Below are positions 37,829 to 50,555 of a DNA stretch of 64,000 bases, in pieces. Within the stretch, counting starts at the first letter, position 1. Each line of letters starts with the position of its first letter. Made by a program: the position numbers and the translations under genes. This DNA is from Mobula hypostoma. Its lineage: Eukaryota. The DNA lies in NCBI RefSeq assembly GCF_963921235.1, contig NC_086108.1, positions 108,130,001-108,194,000 on the forward strand. Reading direction: 5' to 3'. The notes beneath the pieces are model-generated. The model saw only the letters and a list, made by a program, of their open reading frames with translations, was not told the origin of the DNA and did not search any database.

Positions 37829-39518
37829 TAAGAACATAAATCATAGGAGCAGAATTAGTCCATTTGGCCCATCGAGCATGCTCCGCCTTTCCAATATGGT
37901 TGATCCAATTTTCCTCTCAGCCCCAATCTCAAGTCATCTCTCTGTAACCCTTCATGCCCTGACCAATCACGAATCTATCAATCTCTGCCTTAAACATACA
38001 TAATGACTTGCCTTCTACAACTGCCCGTGGCAAAGAATTCCACAGATTCACCACTCTCCAGTTTAAGAAATTACTCCTAATCTCCATTCTAAAAGGAAGG
38101 CCATGTATTCTGAGGCTGTGTTCTTTGGTCTTCAACTCTCCCACTATAGGAAACATTCTCTCCACATCCACTCTATCATGGCCTTTCACCATTTGATCAT
38201 CGTTCTTCTGAATTCTAGTGAATACAGACCCAGAGCCATCGAACACTCTTTAAGTGACAAGCCCTTCAATCCTGGAATCATTTTCATGAACCTTCTTTGA
38301 ACCCTCTCCAGTTTCAACACATCCTTTCTAAGATAAGGGGCCCAAACCTGCTCACAATACTCCAAGTGAGTCCTCACGAGTGCTTTATAAAGTCTCAACA
38401 TTACATCCTTGCTCTTATATTCCAGTCCTCTTAAGATGAATACTAATATTCCATTTGCTTCCTCACCGCAGACTCAACCTGCAAATGAACCTTTAAGGAA
38501 TCCTGTACAAGACATCCCAAGTCCCTTTGCACTTCAGGTTTTTGTATTTTCTCTTCATTTAGAAAATAGCCAGCCATTTCATTTCTTATACCAAAGTGCA
38601 TGACCATACACTTCCCCACGTTGTATTCCATCTGCCATTTCTTTGCCCATTCTTCTAATCTGTCTGTCCTCCTGTAACCTCTTTACTTTCTCAAAACTAC
38701 CTTCCCCTCCACTAATCTTCATATCATCTGCAAACTCTGCAACAAAGCTATTAATTCCATCATCTAAATCATTGACATATAATGTAAAAAAAATCTGTCC
38801 CAACGCAGACCCCTGTGGAAACCCACTAGTCACGGCAGCCATCCAAAAAAGGCTTCCTTTATTCCCACTCTTTGCCACCTGCCAACCAGCCAGTGCTTTA
38901 TCCATGCTAGAATCTTTCCTTAAATACCACGGGCTCATAGCTTGAAAACTAGCCTCATGTGTGGCACCTTATCAAAGGCCCTCTGAAAACCCAAGTATAC
39001 AACATCAACTGATTCCCCTTTGTCTATCCTACTTGTTATTTCTTCAAAGAATTCCAACAGATTTGTCAGGCAGGGTTTTCCCCTGAAACTATGCTGACTC
39101 CAGCCTTTTTTATCATGTACCTCCAAGTACCCCAAAGCCACATCCTTAACAATCGACTCCAACATCTTCCCAAACATTGGGGTCAGGCTGACTGACCTAT
39201 AGTTTCCATTATTCTGCCTCTCTGCCTTCTTGAAGAGTGGAAAGAGTTTTCCATTCTTCTGGAAACATTCCAGAATCTAGTGATTCTTGAAAGATCATGA
39301 CTCTTCAACCACCTCTTTCAGAATCCTGGCATGTACACCATCTGGTCCATGTGACTTACTTACCTTCAGATTGTTCTGTTTCCCAAGAATCTTCTCCCTA
39401 GTAACGGTAACTTCACACATTTCATGGTCCCCGACACTTGCAACATCAACTGTACTGCTAGTGTCTTCCACAGTGATGAATGATGGAAAATACTTACTCA
39501 GTTCATCTGCCATTTTCC
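37829..39518 (-). mobile_element. CR1 LINE ORF2 (RT) fragment
   Basis: Minus-strand ORFs CLTNLLEFFEE...VDVVYLGFQRAFDKVPH, VTSGFPQGSALG...FADDMK, LYKALVRTHLEYCEQVWAP; tail cataagaacataa. Confidence 0.9.
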
Positions 39519-39944
39519 CAGATAGGGCATAGATTTAAGGTGAAAGGAGACAGATCTGAAGGAGACCTAAGGAGCAACATTCTCATACAGAGGATGGTGG
39601 GTATATGGAATGAGGGAGCTGTTAGAGGAACAGTTACAAGTGTGTATAGTCACATTGTTTGGACAGGTATGTAGACAGAGGTGTATGGTTACAGAGCAGT
39701 GCAGCAGAGAATCACACTCTTCCAGAGCTTTAGAATTTAAAAGCAGCGGTATAATGCCAAGGCTTTATAAGGCATTGGTCAGACCCCATTTGGACAGGCA
39801 GGAGAGTGGGGTTGAGAGTGAAAATACATCAGTTATGATCAATGGACCAAATAGCCGAATTCTGTTTCTTTGTTTTATGACTTAACTCTCCCTGACCTCT
39901 TCATTCTGGTTTTGCAGCGATGTTAACCTGGTGTTCTCTTGGAC

Positions 39945-41620
39945 TCTGAATCAGAAGCAGGTTTAATATCACTGGCATGTGTTGCGACATTTGTTGCTTT
40001 GCTGCAGTAGTGCATTGCAACATAAAAACTCTTAAATTATAACAAGAAGTATAAAAAAGAAAATTAAATAAGTAGTGCAAAGATCGAGGGGAACCAAACA
40101 GTGAGGTAGTGTACATGGGTTCTATGTCCATTTAGAAATCAGATGGGAAGGTGAAGAAACTCTTCCTGCTTTATTGAGTGCTCCTCTACCTCCTCCTTGA
40201 TGGTAGCAATAAGAAGAAGGCATGTCCTGGGTGATGGGGGACCTTAATTACGGATGACTCCTTGAAGATGTACGGGATGCTGGAGAGCCTACTGCCCAGG
40301 GTGGAGCTGACTGAGTTCACAATTTTCTGCATCTTTTTCCGATCCTCCGCACCAGACAGTGATGCGATCAGTTAGAACGCTGTCTGCGGTACACCTTTAG
40401 AAATTTGCGAGTTTTGATTTCATACCATTTCTCCCCGTACTCCTGAAGGGAATATAGCAGCTGCTGTGCCTTCTTTGTAATTGCATCGATGTGTTGGACC
40501 AGGATGGATTCTCAGAGATATCGATTCCCAGGAACACGAAACTGCTCACCCTTTCCACTGCGGATCCCTTGAAGAGGACTGGTGTGCGTTTCCTCGAGTT
40601 CCCCTTCCTGTACTCCACAATCAATTACTTTGTCATTCTGCTGTTGAGTGCAAGGTGGTTGCTGTGATAGCGCTCAGCAGCTGATCTATCTCTCTCCTCT
40701 ATGACTCCTCCTCAGAATCTGACATTCTGCCATCAGCAAATTTATAGATGGCATTTGAGCTGTGCGTAGCCACACAGTTGTGGGTGTAGAGGGAGTAGAG
40801 CAGTGGGCTAAGCACACACCCCTGAGGTGCACCAGGATTGAATGACAGTCAGGAGGAGACGTTATTTCCAACCCACACAGAGTGAGGAAGTCAGTTGTAG
40901 AGGGAGGAGCAGAGGCCCATGTTTTGGAGCTTGTTGATTAGAACTGAAGGTATGATTATGTTGAAGGTTCTGTAATCAATAAAAAGCAGCCTAACATAGA
41001 TATTACTATTCTCCAGGTGATCCAAGGCCAATTGGAGAGCCAGTGAGATTATATCCACTGTAGACGTATAATGGCGATAGGCAAATTGCGGAGGATACAG
41101 GTCTATGCTTAGGCAGGAGTTGATTCTGGCTATCAAAGCACTTCATCACAGCAGATGTGAGAGTCACTGGACGATAGTTATTCAGGCAGCTCACCATGGT
41201 CTTCACGGATACTGGTCTCCCTTTTGAACCAGGTGGGAACCTCCGACTGCAGGCAGATTGACGATGTCCTTGAACACACCCGCCAGTATTGGACACAGGT
41301 TTTCAGAGGCCTATCAGGTGCACCATCAGAGCCTGACACCTTGCGAGGGTTCACCCTCTTGAAAGATGTTCTGACTTTGGCCTCTGAGATGGAAATCTCA
41401 ACCACCAGACACTGCAGGATTTGCACAGGTGTAGTTTTGTTCTCCCTTTGAAAGCGTGCATCGAATACCTTGAGCTCACCCAGGAGTGAAGCTTCACACC
41501 CACTTATGATGTCAGGTTTCACTTGGAAGGATGTACTGGCCTGTGAACCCTGCCAGAGCTGACGTGTGTCCAATTCCTCCTCTAACCTCATTCTGAATTG
41601 AGGACTCATTTCCCTCCTCA
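39945..41620 (-). mobile_element. Rex1/Babar-type LINE RT fragment
   Basis: Minus-strand LNNYRPVTLTSAVMKCF, PQFAYR...ALDHLENSNIYVRLLFIDY...FNIIIP; 3' UTR ending (tctgat)n. Confidence 0.85.
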
Positions 41621-41974
41621 CTGCAGACGGATTTCAAAGTCTTTCATAATGGTTAATAGATATCCTGTCACTGTAATCACTGCCACGCACATGAAGTTTT
41701 ATTGCATTATTGTTTAAAAATTACAAGCATTACAGACCCAATCATGATTGATGGAGTAGCTGGAGCAGCTGACAACACAGCCAGGCTTCCTCTGGTGCAC
41801 TTGCTTTCATTGATAATCCAGACAAAATTTAGCTCTGTCCAGTCCCAAATCATACTCCACCCTGAGGGTGGGAGAGGAAAAATCACAGGGGTAAAATGGG
41901 AACAGGAGATGGACATCTTCCACCAATATTTGGTGTGTCCCTGTTGCTCCCCCCCCCCCAACTTTATCACAGGT

Positions 41975-42272
41975 GCACCATGAAGAAGTGTTGCGAAAAG
42001 CCAGAATAAGGAGAGAGCTGATATCGTTAATCAGGAAAAGGGAGCTGGAATTTCTGGGGCAGGTACTGAGGAAAGAAAAGCTGGAACGTCTTAAAGTAAC
42101 GGGAAAAACTGATGAAAGAAAAAGTGGCGGTCGACAGCGCATGACATCCATGTGTTACATCAAGGGATGGACAGGCAAACGTTTTGAAGAGCTTATCAGA
42201 GCTTCTCAGAATAATGATAGATGGAAGACCACAATTGCCCAGCCCACATTGTACAAAATGGCACATGATGGT
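41975..42272 (+). mobile_element. RTE-clade LINE C-terminal fragment
   Basis: EEVLRKA...IRKRELEFLGQVLRKEKLE...GKTDERKSGGRQR...W...ELIRASQNNDRW resembles RTE ORF C-termini. Confidence 0.7.
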
Positions 42273-45200
42273 GTTGACCATAATATGGCAACCAGAACTG
42301 AACGCAGACCAGAATTGTATGGATTTGCAGCATTACTTCATGGCTTTTGAACCCGGTGTCCCAACTAATGAAGGCAGCAATGTTATAGGAAAGGTATGGA
42401 AGCTTTAGAGAGAGTGCATAGGAAGCTGCCTGGATTAGAGAGCATTTTCTTATGAGGATAGGATGAAAGACCTATTGCTTTTCTCAAGGAGTGAAGGAGG
42501 ATGAGAGGTGACTTGACAGAGCTGTACAAGATGATAAGATTGAGTAGACGGCCAGAGACTTTTCCCAGGGCAGAAATGGCTAATAGAAGGGGCATAATTT
42601 TAAAGTGATTGGAGGATAGTATAGGGGTGGGTGGGGGAAGGGCCTTTATAGTGAAAAACAGATAGAAGATGTAAAGACTGAAAAAGAAGGAATCTCATAG
42701 GAGAGGGTTTGATTGATCCTGGGGTAGGTAAGTTCAGCATAACATTGAGGGCTGAAGGGTCTGTATTGTGCCAGCATATGGGGGAATCCATGGTTAAAGG
42801 ACCAGACAGAGAAAGGAAACTGAGACCAAGATCGGATCTGCCAACATCTTACTGAATTGCAAAGGAGACTCGAGGGGCCATTTGGTCAAGACCTTCCCCT
42901 GTTTCAAATGTTCTTAATGCTTTTAAAGCTGAGCCCTCACCCAGTAGTAAAAACAATCTATCGCTGTTTGCCTAAATAAAAGCCTTTATGATCTTGTAAA
43001 TCTTTACTAGACCTGCCTGCAGCCTTCTCTACACCACAGGAGTTGGGAGAGGAAAGCTCTTAGCAAAACTCTTAACTTCTCAATTCTTTCCTGAAATCAA
43101 TGACTCCTTACCTCCTTAGTATCTGAATTGTCAGGAAGTGGGCCAAGGAGCGATCAATTGATTTCAATACAGATAACTGGGAAGTGATGCTTTTGGAAAG
43201 TCAGGCTAGTGTAAATTTATCAAGTTCAAATTTATTATCATTCAACTGTACATGTACGTGCCAAATGAAACAACACCCCTCCAGATCAAGGTGCACAACA
43301 CAATACACGTAGCTTCACACACGACACATAAAGTAATATCTTCAACACATAAAGTTAATATACTATGAATGGTGGGGCACTAGGGTGTGTAATGGGTCAG
43401 GAGCGGCTTAGGAGTACAAGTGCAGAGTTCATTGACAGTGGCGTCAGAGATAGACAGGTCAGTGAAAATGGCAATTGGAATGCTGGCCACTGAGTATAGG
43501 AATTGGGACATGATGTTGCAGTTGTATGAGTCATTTGTGAGGCTGCACTTGGAGTACTATGTGCAGTTTTGGTCATCTAAAAGTTCTCATTAAACTGGAA
43601 AGCATGCATTAATGATTTACAAGGCTGTCGCCAGGATTTGAGAGCCTGAGCAATAGGAGAGATTGGCCAGGTTAGGTTTTTATTCCTTGGAATGTAGGAC
43701 CTTATAAAACTTGTCCTGTACGCCGTTTTCAAACTCTACCTCCCTCAGCTTAAGTACATGTCCTCTAGTGCTTGACATTTCTACCCTGGGGAAGAAAACT
43801 TTGTAATTATATGCCTTATGTATGTATCTCATAATTTTATAAACTTCTGTCTGATCTTTCCTCAACCTTTGACGCTCCTGAAAAAAAATTTCCGGTTTGT
43901 CCAAACTGTCTGTAAGGCCAATTCCCTCAAATACAGGAAGCATCCTGGTGAACTTTTTCTGTGCCTTCTCTGAAGCCTCCACATTGTACCCATTACTCTA
44001 AATACAGCCTAACCAAAATTTTATAAAGCTGCTGTATGACTTCCTGACTTTTATACTCAGCACCTCAACCACTGAAGGCAAGCAGGTCACATGCCTTCAT
44101 CTCCCTCTTTGTATGGGTTAGGATAAACAGATTTTTGCTCCACATTCAAGTCGAAGGTTAAAGTGAATAGGCAGGAGAGCAGAACTGAAGCCAAGTTCAT
44201 ATCTGTCATGATCTCAATATTGATGGAACAACTTCTCCTAATCCTTTCTCCTACATGCTAATGTTTATGCTCCCTCCTAATGTGGAGATTTATTGTAGAT
44301 TTTCCTCCTCCTTGGCTCCAACAGTTTTCAGATTAGCTTTAGTTGTCACATGTAGAACAAAATATACGGTGAAATTCGCTGTTTGTCGTCAACAACCAAA
44401 AGGGTCCAAGGTTATGCGGGGCAGCCTGCAAGTGTCGCCATGCTTCTGGCACCGACAAAGCATGCCCACAACTTACTAACAAATCAACACATATAAAATG
44501 CTGGAGGAGCTCAGAAAGTCAGGCGGCGTCTATGGAAATGAATAAACAGTCAACATTTCAGGCCAGGACCCATCTTCAGGACTAACTCAAAGCGGCACGT
44601 CTTTGGAATGTGGGAGGAAACGGAAATTCCTGGAGGAAACCCTGCACTCATGGAAAGACTGGTCACACTGCTTATGGGCAGTGGCAGGAATTGAATCCGG
44701 ATCTCACAGCTGGTGCTGTAGGGTGTTAACACTAACCATGCCATCCCACTGAATAGTTATCCATTCCCTTTCCAGACCAGATGGATGGTCTTGGCCAAAA
44801 ACGTCGACTGATTATTCATCTCCATAGACGCTGCCTGACCTGCTGTGGTCCTCCAGCATTTTGTGTGTGTTGCTCTGGATTTTCAGCATCTGCAGAATCT
44901 CTTGTGTTTATTATGGTAAAGGTGCAGGCACGTGGAACTGAAGCCAAGTTCAGACTATAAGACCTGGCTTCATGGTGTACTACCAATAGTCACTGTCTCA
45001 TAAACGATGGGTTGGTCAACCAGGAGAAAGATGGTGACACTGGTGCTGACCCAGGGTCCAGACCTGAAACATCAACCATCCCTCTGCCTCCATAGATGCT
45101 GCTTAGCCTGTTGTGTCTTAATAACAATTTGGTTTTCGCTCCAGATTGCAGCATCTCCAGTCTCTTGTATCTTCAAAGATGAATCTTTGGAACTATCTAC

Positions 45201-45933
45201 CCTAGAGATTTATGTAGGCTGGGTTGCCAAGTATATTCAAGGAAAATTGGTATTAATATTACTTTATTATTAGACCATAAGACCATAAGACATTCGAGCA
45301 GAATTAGGCCATTTGGCCCATCGAGCCTGCTCTACCATTTCATTAGGGCTGATCCATTTCCCTCTCTGCGCCAATCTCTTGCCTTCTCCCTGTATCCCTT
45401 CTTGCCCTGACCAATCAAAAATCTATCAATCCCTGTCTTAAAGATACCCAATCACTTGCCCTCCACAGTCAGTTATGGCATTGAATTCCACAGACTCGTC
45501 ACTCTTTGGCAAAAGAATTTCCTCCTCATCTCCATTCTAAAAGGATGCCCATCTATTCTGAGTCTGTGTCCTCTTGTCTTAGACTCTCCCGCTATAGGAA
45601 GCATCCTCTTCACATCCACTTTATCAAGGCCTTTCAACATTTGATAGTTTTCAATGAGGTCACCCTTCATTCTTCTGTATTACGGTGATTGGAGGCCCAG
45701 AGCTATCGAATGCCCCTCATATGATAAGCTTCGCAATCCCGGAATCATTTTTGTGAACCTCCTTTGAACCCTCTCCAATGCCAGCACATCCTTTTGTCCT
45801 GTTTTCTAACAAAGGAATGTGGAGATTTATTGTAGAATCTTCCTGCTTTTTGTCCCCAACATGTTTTGGCCTCTGGTGAGATTTGGTAGTGCTGTTTTCT
45901 TGTCTGCTTATCAACAAGGAATCCATATCAGAA

Positions 45934-46023
45934 TCACCAGTCCTGATGAAGGGTCTCACCTCTTTTTTGCTCTCCGTAGATGCTGCCTGACCTACTGAGT
46001 TCTTCCAGCATTTTCTGTGTGTT
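45934..46023 (+). mobile_element. Short PLE-end insertion just upstream of the exon acceptor
   Basis: ccagtcctgatgaagggtctc...tagatgctgcctgacctactgagttcttccagcattt; atatcagaa repeated at 45925-45933 and 46024-46032. Confidence 0.75.
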
Positions 46024-46055
46024 ATATCAGAAATTTTCCACTTTGTGTTTTCCAG

Positions 46056-46269
46056 GCTTCAGCCGAGCTGCCTTGCCTTTTGGCCTGGTCAGGCGAGAAC
46101 TGTCCTGTGAGGGTTACCCTATCGACCTTCGTTGTCCCGGGAGCGATGTCATCGTGATCGAGAGCGCCAACTACGGACGGACAGACAACAAGATCTGCGA
46201 TGCTGACCTCTTCCAAATGGAAAATGTGGAGTGTTACCTCCCGGACGCTTTCAAGATCATGACGCAGAG
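46056..46269 (+). CDS. ADGRL2: Internal coding exon of a latrophilin (adhesion GPCR L, closest to ADGRL2/LPHN2), N-terminal part of the RBL/SUEL lectin domain
   Basis: Translates (G)[71 protein letters not shown], nearly identical to the vertebrate ADGRL2 lectin N-half as I recall it. Acceptor ttttccactttgtgttttccag ends at 46055; donor gtaagg starts at 46270; 214 nt, phase 1 to phase 2. Family assignment is firm. Paralog assignment (ADGRL2 vs an ADGRL2-like/ADGRL1 gene) is less certain. Neighbouring exons were not found in the window. Confidence 0.9.
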
Positions 46270-46674
46270 GTAAGGTTTAGTCACTCAGCGTGTCGCTCAG
46301 ACTGCCGTTTGGTATCCATGATGCATATGGAGAAAGTGTACAATAAAAGTCAGGACTGTTAACAGCATTAATGCGCGGAAAGATCTTGAGATTGTTGATT
46401 TCTAATGTTTTTGATCCAAGGTTCTTTTGGAAGTCAAGAAAGGAGCCAAAATCTTGCTGCTTCATGATTATTTTATTAGGTATTAATGGAACAAAGTGAC
46501 TTCAATATGAACAGTGATACCGATCTAGGAAGGGAAGGGACAGAAGGCGACGGCACAGCATGGGCGGCTCTTTTGATACCCCATAGATAAGAAATTTTCC
46601 ATACAAATTTTTCGATAAGAGTTAACCAATAAGATAGCCCCTGTTCAAATAGTGCTACACTAAAGAAGCTTCCA

Positions 46675-46890
46675 GAATCATACAAACATAACCACCAGTG
46701 GACGCAGTGAAGAAATGCATATATGTATTGTAACCACTTAGGGGACTCACTGAACAACTGTATATTCATACTGTGACCACTAGGGGACACACCAAGCAAC
46801 TGCATATACATACTGTGACCACCAGGGGGCACACTCAGCAATTGCATGTACATACTGTGACCACTGGGAAACATACTAAACAGTTACACA
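46675..46890. repeat. 42-bp minisatellite, about 5 degenerate units, each with a CTCF-like core
   Basis: ccac starts at 46692, 46734, 46777, 46819 and 46861; unit approximates catactgtgaccactagggg(g/a)cacactcagcaactgcatata. Confidence 0.85.
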
Positions 46891-49796
46891 TCTATAGGTA
46901 GTTGTCAAAAATACAAGCGGCTAATTAATTGTTAAGCTGCAAAGAAAATGACAATTGAACAGTCTACTCCAAAGGGGTCTAAGTTCACAGCTCTCTGAAA
47001 GTGACCATGCAAGGAGACAAGGTGGCAAAGAAGACATTTGGCCTACTTGCCTGCATTGGATGGAGTGTTGAGTCTATGAGCAGGAAGTCATGTTGGAGAT
47101 ATGTAAAGCTTTGGTTAGACTGCACTTGTGTGCAATTCTGGTCACCGCATCACAGGAGGGATGTGGAAACCTTGTAAAGGGTGCAGAAGAGATTTACCAG
47201 GATGCTGACTGGATATTTGAGGATACGAACTAAAAGTAGAGGTTTGACAAACTTGGGTTGTTTTCCCTGGAGTATCGGAAGCTGAGGGGAGACCAAATAG
47301 AACATAAAACATAGAACAATACAGCACAGTATAAGCCTCTTGGCCCACAAGGTTGTGCCAACTTGACTTTTAACCAAGGCCACTGGTGGCATAGTGGCAT
47401 CTGCACCAGAATTCAAAGCGAGTGTTCCCACGTTCAAATCCGGCTGGCTCCTTACACCCTTTTTATCCGTGCTGAGTTGAGTGTCGAGCCAGGAACTCGG
47501 CTTTGTAAAAACACAACAAAAATGCTAAAGAAACAGCAAGGTTGCCACCCGATATGCCACAAGGCGCAGAAAGGAACAACAATAATGTTTATCCTAGAAG
47601 CTTATACAATGCTGAGAGGCCATTATCATTAGTTAGAAATGTCAACTACTAAAAGACTTTGAAAGTGATATTTGGGACAAGTTTTTTTTACATAGTGAGT
47701 GGTGACTGCCTGGAATGAGCTGCCAGGTGTAGCATTGGAACCATTTACAGGAGTGGCAATTAAGAGGCAGTTAGATAGGCAATGATAAAGATTAGCTTTA
47801 TTTGCCACATCTACATCGAACTTAGTATCAAAATACATCTAGGACACCACATACAACCTGGTGACTCATTTTCTTGTGGCATACTCAATAAATTGACAGA
47901 ATAATAACCAAAATTAACAGTGATTGCCACATCCCCTTCATGAAAAGTCTGTACTTAAAGGCTTTGAGCTGAGCACTCAATGCTCAATCATAGGAGCTTC
48001 TAGTGTTTGCGATTTTGCCTTTGAATTTTGTTTCTGTTGTATTGTTTATTTTGACTCTGAGTTAATCTTAGACCTCACTCTGCACTTGGGTTCACTGTCA
48101 TCCATAGCTCTCTCATTACTAAAGGATGTACTAGCATTAGAGTGGAGGTTTATGAAAATGATCCTGGAATGAAAGGGTTAATGTGTGAGGCTTGAGCTCA
48201 TTGAAGTTTAGAAGAACGAGAGGGCATCTCATTGAAGCCCATCAAACACTGAAAGGCTTAGATAGAGTGAAGGTGCAGTGAATGTTTGCAGTAATGGAAA
48301 ATTCTAGGCCTTGAGGGCACATCCTCAAAATACAGGGACATCCCATTAGAATGAGATGAGGACGAATTTCTTCAGCTTCAGGGTGGTGAATCTGTGGAAT
48401 TCATTACCACAGACAGCTGTGGGGGCCAAGTCGAGGAGAGGTTGATAGATTCTTGATTACTAAGGTTACAGGAATAAGGCAGGAGCGTAAGGTTGAGACG
48501 AATCATAAGTCAACCGTGGTGGAATGGCAGAGCAGAATCGATGGGCCAAATGGTCCAATGCCCCCTCATATGCCTTATGGTCCTAAAGTCTTCTATACTC
48601 TGAGGCAACTCTGGCATTTTGAGCGATTCTTGTGCACAAAATGGCTCCTGTCCTAATGGAAAACAGAACAGAATGTCAATTATGCTTTGTGGATTCTCTG
48701 GGTTCCTGAGGTCATAAAAGGTGCTATATTTATTAAGATTTAGATCCAGTTCTGATAGAATTGAGCAGTTGATGAATTAAATGAGCTATTGATTTTTTTG
48801 TTAAATGAACTCAGACAGTCATTTCAAAGTGTGGCAAGGAAATACTTGGTGAATTGGATTTTTAATTATTTACAACTTTTTTTTTCTTTTTGTTGCTTTT
48901 CCAAAGATAATTCTCTGTTTTATTTATCAATGTTTTGAGTGTCTAAGCAAATGGGAGAAGAGGCTCTCCCTTTTCTTCATACAGTCTTCTGTTCTACAGC
49001 CTGCAGGATTTAGAACCCAGAAGGCATCCCTCTTTCCGGTACCCCTGAGAGCACCAGTTCAGTGTCAGGACTGCCCGACCGGTGAGAGCACAGCAGTGTG
49101 AGCCTCTCGTGCCCTGTATCCTGATAGTCTAAAGGCTCTCAAGACATCTTCGTACATCTGCATGGTGTGTTCCTAGGATCCTTTAAAATCTGAACCCGTA
49201 TTTGCATATTGCCTTTTGCAAATACACAGCCGTCTTTGGATGGGTCTAAATTCACACCAGACCGTGTAAGGAATTGTGAGAAAGGGGTCCCTTCCCCTGT
49301 ACATTGGGGACCTAGGGTAGAAGGTGACGCACAGAGCTCTGCAAGGTATTTTTGTGTCAGTTCACTGACTGGCCTGCTGCATGTTCTTTTTTTGTGGCCC
49401 GGAGGAGCCGACGTGCCACATCGACATGGAGTGTGAGAGAGTGCAGCCTCTATTTGACTACCTGCAGGGGCTGCTCCTCAAGTTCTGGCTGCAGCTCAGT
49501 GTCACGCTCCTGACCAGCTGATACAGAGGAGGGAGGGGGCGCTCAGGACATCTCCTGGTCGGCATGCTCTTGGGTCTGCCTCTTTCAGGGAACTGTTCAA
49601 CCACACTCCCAAGGCTCCTGTCATTTTCCGTGTAAGTCCTGCCCCGGTTAAACTATCCAAAAAAAACTACCCCCTTTGCACTTGTCTAATTAAAATTCCA
49701 TCTGCTATCCCATTTTCACAGTTGATCCAGATCCTGCTGTAACCTTAGGCAATCCTCTGATAGATGGGATGAATGACCCTTGCAAGGATTCTGTAA

Positions 49797-50555
49797 CACT
49801 TCACCTGTGAGTCGACTGGGGTGATATACTGCGTCCGGTGCTCCCAATGTGGCCTTCTATATATTGGCGAGACCCGACGCAGACTGGGAGATTGTTTTGC
49901 TGAACACCTACACTCTGTCCGCCAGAGAAAGCAGGATCTCCCAGTGGCCACACATCTTAATTCCACATCCCATTCCCATTCTGATATGTCTATCCACAGC
50001 CTCCTCTACTGTAAAGATGAAGCCACACTCAGGTTGGAGGAACAACACCTTATATTCCGTCTGGGTAGCCTCCAACCTGATGGCATGAACATTGACTTCC
50101 CTAACTTCCGTTAATGCCTCACCTCCCCCTCGTACCCCATCCGTTATTTATTTATATACACACATTCTTTCTCTCTCTCTCCTTTTTCTCCCTCTGTCCC
50201 TCTGACTATACCCCTTGCCCATCCTCTGGGGTTTCCCCTCCTCCCCCTTTTCCTTCTCCCTGGGTCTCCTGTCCCATGATCCTCTCATATCCCTTTTGCC
50301 AATCAACTGTCCAGCTCTTGGCTCCATTCCTCCCTCTCCTGTCTTCTCCTATCATTTTGGATCTCCCACTCACCCTCCCACTTTCAAATCTCTTACTAGC
50401 TGTTCCTTCAGTTAGTCCTGACAAAGGGTCTCGGCCCGAAATGTCGACTGTACCTCTTCCTAGAGATGCTGCTTGGCCTGCTACATTCACCAGCAACTTT
50501 GATGTGTGTTGCTTGAATTTCCAGCATCTGCAGATTTCCTCGTGTTTGCTTTTTT
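49797..50555 (+). mobile_element. 5'-truncated Penelope-like element (GIY-YIG to 3' tail) with 13-bp TSD
   Basis: VIYCVRCSQCGLLYIGETRRRLGDCFAEH...; close homolog of 651-1364; aaggattctgtaa at 49784-49796 and 50556-50568; hammerhead at 50414-50449 with a core mutation (CUGACAA). Confidence 0.92.

Noticed and set aside
45980..46055. N-terminal extension [10 protein letters not shown]... of the latrophilin ORF
   Set aside because: Lies in a PLE fragment and intron upstream of a clear splice acceptor.
46675..46890. CRISPR-like array
   Set aside because: Eukaryotic context and whole units are repeated with no unique spacers; it is a minisatellite.
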